From Candidatus Poribacteria bacterium (lineage in GTDB: Bacteria > Poribacteria > WGA-4E > WGA-3G): a DNA stretch of 64,000 nucleotides. The position numbers were made by a program, and so were the translations under genes. Where the stretch lies: positions 2,675,397 to 2,739,396 of the forward strand of contig OZ250160.1 of assembly GCA_965237835.1 (NCBI GenBank), in the 5' to 3' direction. Numbering within the stretch: position 1 is the stretch's first letter; each line of letters opens with the position of its first letter. Under the pieces are notes generated by a model that saw only the letters and a list, made by a program, of their open reading frames with translations, made no database searches and was not told the origin of the DNA. Of the stretch, positions 9,494-19,308 are shown one piece after another.

Positions 9494-11299
9494 ATGTCAA
9501 CCAAACTTCAAAACATACGAAATTTCTGTATTTTAGGGCATATTGACCACGGAAAAAGTACACTTAGTGATCGTCTCTTAGAACATACAAACACACTCGC
9601 TGAGAGAGAAATGCGCGAACAAGTGCTTGATTTGATGGACTTAGAACGCGAACGTGGTATCACCATCAAAGCGACTGCTGTTAAACTCCAGTATCGTGCG
9701 GAAGATAAAAAACTCTACGAACTCAATTTGATAGACACCCCCGGACATGTTGATTTTACCTACGAAGTTTCGCGCAGCCTTGCAGCTTGTGAAGGTGCGA
9801 TTTTAATTGTTGATGCAGCACAAGGTGTTGAGGCACAAACCTTGGCAAACGCGTATCTTGCAATAGAAAATGAACTTGAGATAATACCCGTTATCAACAA
9901 AATTGACCTACCAGCGGCGCAGCCTGATGAAGTCAAACGCCAGATAGAGGAGGTAGTCGGCATCCCTGCTGATGAGGCACTCCTTGTAAGCGCAAAGGTT
10001 GGTATCGGTATACCTGCTATCTTAGAGGCTATTGTCAATCGAATTCCAGCACCTATTGGAGAATCTGATGCTCCTTTAAAAGCACTTGTGCTGGATTCTG
10101 TTTACAATAACTATCGTGGTATCATTATATACACCCGTATATTTGATGGAAGTGTTGCACCGGGAGACAAGATTCAACTGATGCAGACGAAACGCTCCTA
10201 TGAAATTGAAGAAGTTGGCATTTTTACACCACAGATGCAACCTACCACCGAACTCAAGACAGGGACAGTAGGCTATCTCATCGCAGGCATTCGGGACATT
10301 GACAACGCAAAAATTGGTGATACAATCACACAACATAAACATCCTACTGCTATACCTCTCCAAGGCTATCAAGAAATTAAGCCGCTTGTATTTAGCGGAC
10401 TCTATCCTGCAGATACAAACCAATTTCATGCGATGCGAGAAGCTCTTGATAAACTTCGACTAAACGATTCTTCTTTCACATTTGAACCGGAGACTTCTGT
10501 CGCGCTTGGTTTCGGTTTTCGGTGTGGATTTTTAGGTTTACTTCACATGGAGATTATACATGAACGTCTTGAACGCGAATTTGGATTATCGCTTATTCGC
10601 ACTGCCCCAAGTGTCATGTATCGGGTTTATCTTAAATCGGGCGAACATGTGTTAGTGGACAATCCTGCACATCTACCGGAAGTAATAAATATTGAACGAA
10701 TCGAGGAACCGTATGTCAATATTGATATAATTGTGCCGCGTGAATATATCGGAAATGCAATGGAACTTTGTCAGAAGCGGCGGGGTATATATAAGCGCAT
10801 GAATCAATTGGATGCGACACGGGTGCAACTGCTTTACGAACTTCCGCTGAGTGAAATGCTTACCGACTTTTTTCCGAAACTCAAATCGCTTACTCGCGGT
10901 TACGGTTCGCTGGAATACGATATTGGTGAATATAGAACAGAGAAACTTGTAAAGTTAGATGTACTCCTAAATGGTAAACCTGTAGATGCGCTATCAACCA
11001 TTTTACCACGCGATATGGCTGAAGTTCGTGGGAAGAATTTAGTTAGCAAATTGAAAAAATTGATACCTCGGCAGATGTTTGAGATTCCTATTCAAGCTGC
11101 CATAGGGAACAAGGTTGTCGCACGTGAGTCTGTCAGAGCACTACGGAAAAATGTAACTGCAAAATGTTACGGTGGGGATATAACACGAAAACGGAAATTG
11201 TTAGAAAGACAGAAGGAAGGTAAGAAGAGACTCAAACAGATTGGTAGTGTTGATGTTCCACAAGAAGCATTTACAGCAATGCTTGCAACAGATGAATAA
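9494..11299 (+). CDS. lepA: Elongation factor 4 (LepA)
   Basis: [24 protein letters not shown], with G-domain motifs DTPGHVDF and NKID. The full-length LepA-specific C-terminal domain is present. The track ORF begins with TTG at 9473; the in-frame ATG at 9494 gives the canonical N-terminus. Confidence 0.95.
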   Translation: MSTKLQNIRNFCILGHIDHGKSTLSDRLLEHTNTLAEREMREQVLDLMDLERERGITIKATAVKLQYRAEDKKLYELNLIDTPGHVDFTYEVSRSLAACEGAILIVDAAQGVEAQTLANAYLAIENELEIIPVINKIDLPAAQPDEVKRQIEEVVGIPADEALLVSAKVGIGIPAILEAIVNRIPAPIGESDAPLKALVLDSVYNNYRGIIIYTRIFDGSVAPGDKIQLMQTKRSYEIEEVGIFTPQMQPTTELKTGTVGYLIAGIRDIDNAKIGDTITQHKHPTAIPLQGYQEIKPLVFSGLYPADTNQFHAMREALDKLRLNDSSFTFEPETSVALGFGFRCGFLGLLHMEIIHERLEREFGLSLIRTAPSVMYRVYLKSGEHVLVDNPAHLPEVINIERIEEPYVNIDIIVPREYIGNAMELCQKRRGIYKRMNQLDATRVQLLYELPLSEMLTDFFPKLKSLTRGYGSLEYDIGEYRTEKLVKLDVLLNGKPVDALSTILPRDMAEVRGKNLVSKLKKLIPRQMFEIPIQAAIGNKVVARESVRALRKNVTAKCYGGDITRKRKLLERQKEGKKRLKQIGSVDVPQEAFTAMLATDE

Positions 11300-11311
11300 T
11301 TCAAATTTACA

Positions 11312-11425
11312 GGGCAAGCTTTCATGATTATGTGGTCAACAGCGGACCAACCTGCAGAGTTGTGGGAAATCTGGAAGGTGATAGGTGACATTCGTTTTGA
11401 TCGAATCGGCAAACTAATCCGATAA
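11312..11425 (+). pseudogene. Duplicated 3' fragment of a signal peptidase I gene (last about 37 codons only)
   Basis: Translates to GQAFMIMWSTADQPAELWEIWKVIGDIRFDRIGKLIR*. This closely parallels the C-terminus of the downstream lepB (QAFMVYWSFENPDAKIWEVWKSIGGIRFNRIGKLIR). The DNA is also highly similar, e.g. GATCGAATCGGCAAACTAATCCG against AATCGAATCGGTAAACTGATCCG. Confidence 0.55.
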
Positions 11426-11482
11426 ATTTTAGAGTATACGATTCTCCACAGTTGTAATGAATACCTAATTGTAAGAAAGGAA

Positions 11483-12292
11483 ATGCCGCTATCTATTGCG
11501 GTTTTCAAATTAATGACTACTGATATCCAATTATCGAAATGGCAGAGATTTCGAAAAACGGTCGCCTGGGAATATACCCAAGTAATTGTTGTTGCACTTA
11601 TCCTTGTTTTTGGGTTTATTCGCCCTTTTGTTGTTGAGGCATTCAAAATTCCATCCGGTTCAATGGAGGATACACTCCTAATCGGTGATAGGATTCTGGT
11701 ATGCAAGTTTATCTACGGATTCAAAATTCCCGGCACGGGTATTAGAGTCTTTGATTTTCATAAGCCTGCCCGAGGAGATGTTTTCGTTTTTATTCCACCA
11801 CATGAAGAGCAGCGAAATTTCATTAAACGTATTGTCGCAATAGAAGGGGATACAGTTCACACTGAAGGTAAAACACTTTATGTAAACGGTCAAGTCGTCA
11901 ACGATAACGGTTACGCCAAGTATGCGGGAAACCGTTTTGTCAGACGAAGTAATTTTCCCCCTTTCCGAAAAATGGAAGAATATATGAGGGGTAATGAACT
12001 ATATGATGATTACACCTTGACAGGTAGTCAGTATAAACGCAAATTCCCCGATGGTAAACCGTTTATTGTTCCAAAAGGATATGTCTTTGCAATGGGTGAT
12101 AACAGAGATCATAGTAGTGATAGTCGAACGTGGGGACCTGTAAATGTAGATAGTATCAAGGGGCAAGCCTTTATGGTTTATTGGTCTTTTGAGAATCCGG
12201 ATGCGAAAATATGGGAGGTTTGGAAATCAATAGGCGGTATACGATTCAATCGAATCGGTAAACTGATCCGTACACAAAATGGACTCAACTGA
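11483..12292 (+). CDS. lepB: Signal peptidase I (LepB)
   Basis: Catalytic boxes GSMEDTL (Ser), KRIVAIEGDTV (Lys) and GDNRDHSSDSRTWGPV are present, along with an N-terminal transmembrane segment. The true start may be the internal MTTDIQ at about 11513. Confidence 0.9.
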   Translation: MPLSIAVFKLMTTDIQLSKWQRFRKTVAWEYTQVIVVALILVFGFIRPFVVEAFKIPSGSMEDTLLIGDRILVCKFIYGFKIPGTGIRVFDFHKPARGDVFVFIPPHEEQRNFIKRIVAIEGDTVHTEGKTLYVNGQVVNDNGYAKYAGNRFVRRSNFPPFRKMEEYMRGNELYDDYTLTGSQYKRKFPDGKPFIVPKGYVFAMGDNRDHSSDSRTWGPVNVDSIKGQAFMVYWSFENPDAKIWEVWKSIGGIRFNRIGKLIRTQNGLN

Positions 12293-14226
12293 TGCACCAA
12301 GATAGACGACACCTTATCATCGGTACTGCCGGACATGTTGACCATGGCAAAACTGCACTGGTTGGCACGCTCACAGGCATTGAAACAGACAGACTCAAGG
12401 AGGAACGGGAACGCGGTTTATCCATTGAGTTAGGATTCGCTTATTTTGACCTGCCTGATAACTCACGTGCAGGGATTGTTGACGTACCAGGACACGAGAA
12501 ATTCATTCGCAACATGTTGTCTGGTGCTTATGGAATGGATATTGTCCTTTTTGTTGTTGATGCCAAAGAAGGGGTGCAAGAACAGACACTTGAACACTTA
12601 GCAATTTTAGATTTACTCGCCATCTCAAACGGCATACTTGTGATGACGAAGTCAGATTTAGCAACCCGTGAAGAATTGGAAGAAGCAACAGAAATGACGC
12701 AAGAAATGCTTGTTGGCACATCGCTTGAAGGCATTCCTTCGGTCAGTGTCTCATCTATCACTGGTGAAGGGATTGATACCTTAAAACAGATGATTGTTGA
12801 ACAAGTAGGCATTGTTACAGAGGCACAAGAACATGATGGAATTCCACGGTTGTATGTTGATCGTGTTTTCACAGTTCAAGGTTTTGGAGTCGTTGTTACA
12901 GGAACACTCATCGGCGGTTCAGTAAATAGAGATCAGAGGATGGTAATTTTACCACAAGGGGATGTTGTCAGAGTGCGAGGCATACAAGTACATAACGAAC
13001 CTGCGAATGTCGCACAAGCAGGACAACGCACCGCGTTAAATCTGTCTGGAACCACTGCTCATGGCATTCAGCGCGGTGATGTGCTATGTCCTATTGAGTT
13101 CTCAAATGTTACTGATAATATAAACGTATCGTTACAGGTATTATCCTCATTTCCGAGAATGCTTGAACATTGGGGACGTTTTCGCGTGTATCTCGGCACA
13201 CGTGAATTATTTTGTCGGTTGATTTTATTAGTTGACGAAGCAATTCTGCCCGGTGACAGAGTCCAAGTCCAACTACGGTTGGAGCAACCTATTTTGACCT
13301 TTAGAGGCGATAGAATCATTTTACGCGATTTCTCCGCACAACACACTGTCGGTGGCGGTGAAGTAATTAACCCATTCGCACCAAAACACAAACGTTTTAC
13401 CCAAGAAACCATTACCATTTTAGCAAAGTGGGAAGAAGCAGGCGACACGCAGGTGGTAAACGCAGTGCTTGAAAATAGTGAGACTCTCTGCGTAGAAGAA
13501 TCTTTCCTCTATTACTATATGCCGTATTCACAAGCCGAGGTTAGAAACATTTTGGACACCTTGGAATCTGAAGAAAAAATCGTGCGATGGGGTAAATCGG
13601 GCAGGACACCACTTATTTCTGATGCAGCACGCACAGCAGACGCTACAAACAAACTAACAGCAGCATTGTCAGGATTTCACGAAAAAGAACCACTCCTTTC
13701 AGGGCAGAATGCATCACAACTGTGCCGTGATCTTGCACTAAATGAGATAGATTTTGAGAAGATTACAGATCACCTAATTAAATCAAAGGAACTTGTGAAG
13801 GATGGGAATTTACTCCGATTGTCTTCACATGAAATAAAATTTTCTGAAGAGGAGTCAACTGCTAAAGAAACACTTGAAAAATTATTTTTGGAAGCAGGAA
13901 TCAACACACCCGGGCTTTCCGAACTGGATACATTGCTGCCAGAGTATACACCCCAAGTGATTGAATCCACGTTTTTTGCGTTATTGAATCTTGGACAGTT
14001 TATAAAAACAGCCGATAATTTCTTTATCCACAGAGAAATCTATGAAAAAACAAAAGAATTATTAACCAATTATCTTCAAAAAAATGATACAATATCGGTG
14101 GCAGAATTTCGGGAACTGGCGAAAACATCTCGAAAATATGCGGTACCGTTCCTTGAGTATTGTGACAGTCAAAATGTAACAATTCGAGATGGAAACGTCC
14201 GCAGATTGTCATCAAGGAAAAATTAA
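12292..14226 (+). CDS. selB: Selenocysteine-specific translation elongation factor SelB
   Basis: GTPase motifs GHVDHGKT, DVPGHEKF and TKSDL are present. An EF-Tu-like domain II and a long C-terminal winged-helix extension of about 270 aa, typical of the SECIS-binding region, follow. The ATG at 12292 overlaps the lepB TGA at 12290-12292 (TGATG). Confidence 0.9.
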   Translation: MHQDRRHLIIGTAGHVDHGKTALVGTLTGIETDRLKEERERGLSIELGFAYFDLPDNSRAGIVDVPGHEKFIRNMLSGAYGMDIVLFVVDAKEGVQEQTLEHLAILDLLAISNGILVMTKSDLATREELEEATEMTQEMLVGTSLEGIPSVSVSSITGEGIDTLKQMIVEQVGIVTEAQEHDGIPRLYVDRVFTVQGFGVVVTGTLIGGSVNRDQRMVILPQGDVVRVRGIQVHNEPANVAQAGQRTALNLSGTTAHGIQRGDVLCPIEFSNVTDNINVSLQVLSSFPRMLEHWGRFRVYLGTRELFCRLILLVDEAILPGDRVQVQLRLEQPILTFRGDRIILRDFSAQHTVGGGEVINPFAPKHKRFTQETITILAKWEEAGDTQVVNAVLENSETLCVEESFLYYYMPYSQAEVRNILDTLESEEKIVRWGKSGRTPLISDAARTADATNKLTAALSGFHEKEPLLSGQNASQLCRDLALNEIDFEKITDHLIKSKELVKDGNLLRLSSHEIKFSEEESTAKETLEKLFLEAGINTPGLSELDTLLPEYTPQVIESTFFALLNLGQFIKTADNFFIHREIYEKTKELLTNYLQKNDTISVAEFRELAKTSRKYAVPFLEYCDSQNVTIRDGNVRRLSSRKN

Positions 14227-14254
14227 AAACTATCTAAATTCGCTTCTACTTTCT

Positions 14255-14348
14255 GGGGGAGGATAGGGTCCGGTGGCCCTACCGGTCTTCAAAACCGGCT
14301 TGTCCATGCAAGTGGATAGGTGGGTTCGACTCCCACCCTCTCCCGCCA
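14255..14348 (+). tRNA. selC: tRNA-Sec (selC), anticodon UCA, with CCA encoded
   Basis: GGGGGAGG-AT-AGGGTC-CGGT-GGCCCT-A-CCGGT-CTTCAAA-ACCGG-(22-nt variable arm)-GTGGG-TTCGACT-CCCAC-CCTCTCCC-G-CCA. It has an 8-bp acceptor stem, a 6-bp D stem with a 4-nt loop, a 5-bp T stem and a long variable arm. This is the bacterial 8/5 tRNA-Sec architecture. Confidence 0.9.
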
Positions 14349-14375
14349 TATAAATGGATTTCCATCCATTGGTTA

Positions 14376-15290
14376 ATGAAAAGGATTATGATCAAATCCC
14401 TTCCGATTCACACCCCAAATTCAGCACAACGTAGACATCCATCATGGATAAAGGCACGGATACCTGGCGGTGGCAACTACGTTGAGCTTAAAAAATTAAT
14501 GCGAGATCTTCAACTTCACACTGTCTGTGAAGAAGCGCGGTGTCCCAACATCGGTGAATGCTGGAACAGTCGCACGGCTACTTTTATGATATTAGGAGAT
14601 GTCTGCACGCGGCGATGCATGTTTTGTGCTGTGAAGAAAGGCAAACCTGGTGGTATCGTGGATACAGATGAACCACGAAGACTTGGCGAGGCAGTTGCCC
14701 ACTTGAAACTAAACCACGTTGTCATTACTTCCGTTAACCGCGATGATCTACCTGATGGCGGTGCGGGTGTGTTCGCAGACTGTATCACCGAAGCACGGAA
14801 ACAGCGTCCCAGTTGTACTATAGAAGTTCTCATTCCTGATCTGGAGGGTAATTGGGACGCGCTTAAGGTTATCGTCCAAGCGGGACCAGAAGTGCTTAAC
14901 CATAATACTGAAACAGTTCAACGTCTCTACCGTCGCGCTCGCCCATACGCAAATTACCAACAAACTCTCTCACTTCTCAAAAAGGGCAAGAAACTGAATC
15001 CAGACATGCTTACGAAGTCAGGACTTATGGTAGGGTTAGGTGAAACGGTAATTGAACTCTTGGAAACAATGCAAGACATACGGAATACAGGCTGCGATAT
15101 TCTAACTATTGGACAATATCTCTCTCCTTCCCCACGCCACCTACCGATTCAACGATACTATACCCCCGATGAGTTTGATGAACTTAAAGAAGCTGGTCTT
15201 GAGATGGGATTCCGGCATGTAGAATCTGGTCCTTTAGTACGAAGTTCATATCATGCAGGTGAACAGGTAAATTCATCCAGTTTATCGTAG
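14376..15290 (+). CDS. lipA: Lipoyl synthase LipA
   Basis: Radical-SAM and auxiliary cluster motifs CEEARCPNIGECW and CTRRCMFCAV are present. The protein is collinear with E. coli LipA. Confidence 0.9.
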   Translation: MKRIMIKSLPIHTPNSAQRRHPSWIKARIPGGGNYVELKKLMRDLQLHTVCEEARCPNIGECWNSRTATFMILGDVCTRRCMFCAVKKGKPGGIVDTDEPRRLGEAVAHLKLNHVVITSVNRDDLPDGGAGVFADCITEARKQRPSCTIEVLIPDLEGNWDALKVIVQAGPEVLNHNTETVQRLYRRARPYANYQQTLSLLKKGKKLNPDMLTKSGLMVGLGETVIELLETMQDIRNTGCDILTIGQYLSPSPRHLPIQRYYTPDEFDELKEAGLEMGFRHVESGPLVRSSYHAGEQVNSSSLS

Positions 15291-15534
15291 AGCATAGTTT
15301 GTGTTGAACAACGTGAAACCCCATAAGTGTCAATTCAGCGATCCGCCAGTCACGGTAGGTTCGGTTTCCTAACCAAACCATAGTTGTCAATTTGGTGTTT
15401 CCTTAGATTTCGTGTTGTTCCATTAGATTTTTATGCGAATTTTTTCAGGAATGTGATATACTAAATGGAAACACATACTTCTATGCCGAAAGGTATCCAA
15501 ATCCACATTTGCCAAATATAACAACAAACAAGTC

Positions 15535-15631
15535 TAATACCAAATTAACTTGATTAGAGACGTCTTCTGATAAAGTCAGCATTGCGAGGCACGGGGACCT
15601 CGCGCTACGAATCGGGTTAATTTAGTATAAT
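15535..15631. mobile_element. MITE-like element (family 2), about 97 bp. Terminal inverted repeats TAATACCAAATTAAC / GTTAATTTAGTATAAT with internal hairpin GCGAGGCACGGGGACCTCGC
   Basis: Near-identical copies lie at 44029-44125, 45674-45765 and 57181-57275. The right terminus ends in TAGTATAAT and sits 12 nt upstream of the dapB ATG. Confidence 0.8.
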
Positions 15632-15643
15632 AAGGAAAAAACA

Positions 15644-16453
15644 ATGATTAATGTCATAATTAATGGCGCATGCGGGCGTATGGGAAGACTAATTACACAA
15701 GGCGTTTCGCAACAAAATGATATGGAACTTGTCGGAGCAATTGAGTTTTCATCTCATCCGGAAATCGGAAATGATGCAGGTGTTGTTGCAGGTGTCGGTG
15801 AACTTGGTGTAGCGATCACAAGTGAACTCAACGATGTTATCGCAAGTGCTGATGTTATAATTGAATTCTCAAAACCCGATGTGACATTGCAGCATCTGCG
15901 ACAAGTTGTAAATGCAGATAAAGCTATGATAATTGCAACAACTGGATTTAGCACTGACGAACTAAACGAAGTCCAAGAACTCACATCAAAGATTCGATGT
16001 GTTATGGCACCAAACATGAGTCTCGGTGTTAACGTCATGATTAAAGCCCTTGAATTAGTCGCCAAATCCCTTGGGGATGACTACGATGTTGAAGTGATAG
16101 AAGCACATCACAACCATAAAGCGGATTCACCAAGTGGGACTGCCCTTCGATTAGCCGAGACTGTTGCCACAGCACTTGGACGAGATTTGGATGAGGTGGG
16201 TGTCTATGGTCGGCACGGGATCGTTGGCGCACGTCCACAGAAACAGATCGGGATACACGCAATTCGTGGTGGGGACATCGCTGGTGACCACACTGTCATG
16301 TTTGCAACTGAAGGCGAAACACTTAGTGTAGTTCATCGCGCACATAGTCCTGAAGCATTTGCGAAGGGCGCGATCCGAGCCGCGAGATGGGTAGTGAATG
16401 CTTCCCGAGGTTTACACGATGTTAGCGAAGTCCTTTTTGGAAATGACGAATAG
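15644..16453 (+). CDS. dapB: 4-hydroxy-tetrahydrodipicolinate reductase DapB
   Basis: N-terminal NAD(P)-binding motif INGACGRMG. The central EAHHNHKADSPSGTA (E(L/A)HHxxKxDxPSGTA) is the DapB signature. Confidence 0.9.
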   Translation: MINVIINGACGRMGRLITQGVSQQNDMELVGAIEFSSHPEIGNDAGVVAGVGELGVAITSELNDVIASADVIIEFSKPDVTLQHLRQVVNADKAMIIATTGFSTDELNEVQELTSKIRCVMAPNMSLGVNVMIKALELVAKSLGDDYDVEVIEAHHNHKADSPSGTALRLAETVATALGRDLDEVGVYGRHGIVGARPQKQIGIHAIRGGDIAGDHTVMFATEGETLSVVHRAHSPEAFAKGAIRAARWVVNASRGLHDVSEVLFGNDE

Positions 16454-18497
16454 ATGGTCATATCATATACTTTCATTCCTATTCCTTTTGATTCTTGTTA
16501 CGATTTTCTCGTTCCTCGGTTGTTCAAACACACCAAAAAATATGAGAGGAGTGTGGAAAACCGTACTGGAAGGTGATTGGAGTGCACATCTTTACGGCGT
16601 CCATTTTATTTCTGAAACGCACGGATGGGCAGTTGGAAATTCGGTTGATGTTTTCTCAAGTCATTCTTTTAGTGATTTTGATGAAACAGATCCATCTTTT
16701 ACTGAAGGCGCAGAGAGCATTATCCTCCATACACAAGATGGTGGTAAAAATTGGAATAGACAAAGTAGTGGGATTTTTGGAAAACCGTTGCGAGATGTGT
16801 ATTTTCGCAACGCATCCGAAGGGTGGTGTATAGGAGATGGAGGGGTTGTCGGACACACAGCTGATGGCGGGAAGACATGGCAGCAGATTGAAATAGGCAC
16901 ACAGAATGATTTGCAAAGTCTATATTTGGGAAAAACTATAGGTTGGATTGTTGGAGATTGGGGAACACTGCTCAAAACAACTGATGGTGGCAAAACATTT
17001 AAAGAAGACGACGGCAGTTTCTTCGGAAAAAAATCATTAAAAGACATTGATTTTGTTGACAATTCCCACGGATGGATCATTACTTACAGCACACCGAATA
17101 GTAGTGAAAACTCAGGATATATCTACCATACAAAGGATGGTGGAGAATCGTGGGAAGAACAGTTCTCGACTAAATCCAAGTTGTTTAGTTTACGTTTCGT
17201 TGATAGGATGACAGGATGGGTGGTAGGAGATAAACGCAGCATATACGTTACGAATGATGGGGGTAAAACGTGGGAATTTGTTACTGATGGAAGTAACCAA
17301 CGCCATAAGGAAAAATACGGACAACCCGATTATCTTGGTAACGAACCCTTACATACGTTCATACTCTATGATGTTGACTTCGTAGATAATCAGCACGGGT
17401 GGATTGTTGGGGATTTGGGTGTTGTACTACATACAGACTCAGGTATCAAGAAAAATGGTAGTAGTGCTTGGAAACATCAGCGCGGAGGACCTCGTTTTCA
17501 TAACAGTGCTGACAATCTCTTATTAGCCGTTGATTTTGTGTCCAAAAATCTGGGTTGGGCTGTTGGTGAAAACGGCACGATTCTACATACGCGAAACGCT
17601 GGCGTTACGTGGGAAGCGCAATCAAGTCCGACACACCTACTTTATGATATATGTATAACTGCGCAAAATAAAGGGTATGTTGTTGGGGACCGTGGCGCGA
17701 TTCTACAAACACACGATGGTGGAACAAATTGGCAGCCACAGGATAGTCGCACCGCAGAATGTTTCGGAGGAACACATTTTGTATCACCTCAAAAGGGGTG
17801 GGCAGTCGCTGAAGCAGGTGTTATTCTGCGGACAACAAATGGTGGTGCAGTTTGGCAGCAACAATCCTCTAATACGAAGCAAGTTCTATTCGCTGTTTTC
17901 TTTATAGATGAACAAACCGGATGGTGTGTGGGGAATGCGGGTGAAATTGTCCATACTTCCGATGGTGGCAAGACTTGGACAAGGCAACAGAGTGGTGTCA
18001 CTTATAATCTATTTGATATTCACTTTACGTCAAAAATGGAAGGATGGGTTGTTGGGTTATTTGGAACATTATTGTACACAGATGATGGCGGTAATCGGTG
18101 GCAACTTTCAACATTAAGTCGTCAACTTACCAAAATGGATAGAAACAAGAATATCTGGTTAAACGCTGTCTATTTTGTTTCTGCTAAAATGGGGTGGGTT
18201 GTCGGTGAAGATGGGTTTATATTCAACACGAAGAATGGCGGAAAAAGTTGGTCTCGTCAAGAGAGTCACACCCAAAACTTCCTTTACGATGTATTCTTTA
18301 TATCAGAAGCGGAAGGATGGGTGGTTGGGAAAGATGGACTTGTGCTGCACACGAAGGATAGTGGTGAAAACTGGAGACCTCAGCGAACCGATACTCGAAC
18401 AGATCTAACTGCAATCCACATGAGTAGCCCCCACAGTGGTTTAGTGGCAGGACAAGGCGGAACGATTTTAAAATATGAGGTAGTGGAATCTGAATAA
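16443..18497 (+). CDS. BNR/Asp-box repeat beta-propeller lipoprotein (sialidase-like / Ycf48-like repeats)
   Basis: More than 12 repeats of the pattern S/TxDGGKTW are present. The lipoprotein signal is ...FLGCSN. The preferred start ATG at 16443 overlaps the dapB 3' end by 11 nt; the track ORF begins at 16398 inside dapB. Confidence 0.75.
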   Translation: MTNRWSYHILSFLFLLILVTIFSFLGCSNTPKNMRGVWKTVLEGDWSAHLYGVHFISETHGWAVGNSVDVFSSHSFSDFDETDPSFTEGAESIILHTQDGGKNWNRQSSGIFGKPLRDVYFRNASEGWCIGDGGVVGHTADGGKTWQQIEIGTQNDLQSLYLGKTIGWIVGDWGTLLKTTDGGKTFKEDDGSFFGKKSLKDIDFVDNSHGWIITYSTPNSSENSGYIYHTKDGGESWEEQFSTKSKLFSLRFVDRMTGWVVGDKRSIYVTNDGGKTWEFVTDGSNQRHKEKYGQPDYLGNEPLHTFILYDVDFVDNQHGWIVGDLGVVLHTDSGIKKNGSSAWKHQRGGPRFHNSADNLLLAVDFVSKNLGWAVGENGTILHTRNAGVTWEAQSSPTHLLYDICITAQNKGYVVGDRGAILQTHDGGTNWQPQDSRTAECFGGTHFVSPQKGWAVAEAGVILRTTNGGAVWQQQSSNTKQVLFAVFFIDEQTGWCVGNAGEIVHTSDGGKTWTRQQSGVTYNLFDIHFTSKMEGWVVGLFGTLLYTDDGGNRWQLSTLSRQLTKMDRNKNIWLNAVYFVSAKMGWVVGEDGFIFNTKNGGKSWSRQESHTQNFLYDVFFISEAEGWVVGKDGLVLHTKDSGENWRPQRTDTRTDLTAIHMSSPHSGLVAGQGGTILKYEVVESE

Positions 18498-18509
18498 GGA
18501 TATCAAATT

Positions 18510-19253
18510 ATGACTGGTGAACAAAAGTATCTATTTGATTTGCAAGGGTTCATCGTTTTAAAAAATGTTGTGCCATCTACAGTTATTGAATCGTGCAACG
18601 GTGTGCTTGATCAATACGAAAAGATGGATCCCAGCGATTATCCAACACCTTTATGCCTCGGTACAGAGCGGACAGAGAAAGAACTTTATATCTCAAACAT
18701 ATTAGAGGCAGATAACGTTTTAAGTGTGCTCGTTGACATTCCAGAGGTTTTAAAAGTCATTGAGGGTGTGACTGGGGGTCCATATCGACTCAATCATACC
18801 TATACAATTTATCGATGGGGTGGTGGTTATACCGGTCTACACATGCACGGAACACCGATTATTCCGAAGTGTCAATATCATTGTAAAAATGGAGAGATGG
18901 TCTCTACGTTGACGAAAGCCGTTTTCCCAATGCTTGATTGTGATGTTGAAGATGGGTGTTTCGCAGCAATTCCCGGCGCGCATAAAAGCAATTTCCCTAA
19001 GCCGTGGGGGAGTCATCCCGATGAAAACCCAGTGCTATCTCCCATCCCTGCCAAAGCAGGTGATGCGATCATTTTCACTGAAGCACTCACACACGGTTCT
19101 GTCATTAATGTATCAGGGAAACCGCGTAGGACTCTCTACTACTGTTACAGCGTCGGTTATATGCCAGATTGGGGTGGTCAAGGATTGAATTTTAGTCCAA
19201 ACGTTATGAATCAACTCAATGAAACACAACAAGGGATTCTTCATCTAAAATAA
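18510..19253 (+). CDS. Phytanoyl-CoA dioxygenase (PhyH)-family Fe(II)/2-oxoglutarate oxygenase
   Basis: The N-terminal YLFDLQGFIVLKNVV resembles the PhyH-family entry motif. The sequence AIPGAHK matches the IPGSH iron-ligand motif. Confidence 0.6.
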   Translation: MTGEQKYLFDLQGFIVLKNVVPSTVIESCNGVLDQYEKMDPSDYPTPLCLGTERTEKELYISNILEADNVLSVLVDIPEVLKVIEGVTGGPYRLNHTYTIYRWGGGYTGLHMHGTPIIPKCQYHCKNGEMVSTLTKAVFPMLDCDVEDGCFAAIPGAHKSNFPKPWGSHPDENPVLSPIPAKAGDAIIFTEALTHGSVINVSGKPRRTLYYCYSVGYMPDWGGQGLNFSPNVMNQLNETQQGILHLK

Positions 19254-19308
19254 AAATTATTAAAATCCTGCCCACCAATATGGGCAAAATATAGGAGAGA
19301 AAACTATT

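Noticed and set aside
7249-14348. Selenoprotein gene with in-frame TGA next to the sel genes
   Set aside because: I looked for pairs of same-strand, same-frame ORFs separated by a single TGA with a downstream hairpin. None is apparent in this window, and the neighbours (FGE-family, lipA, lepA/B) are not known selenoproteins.
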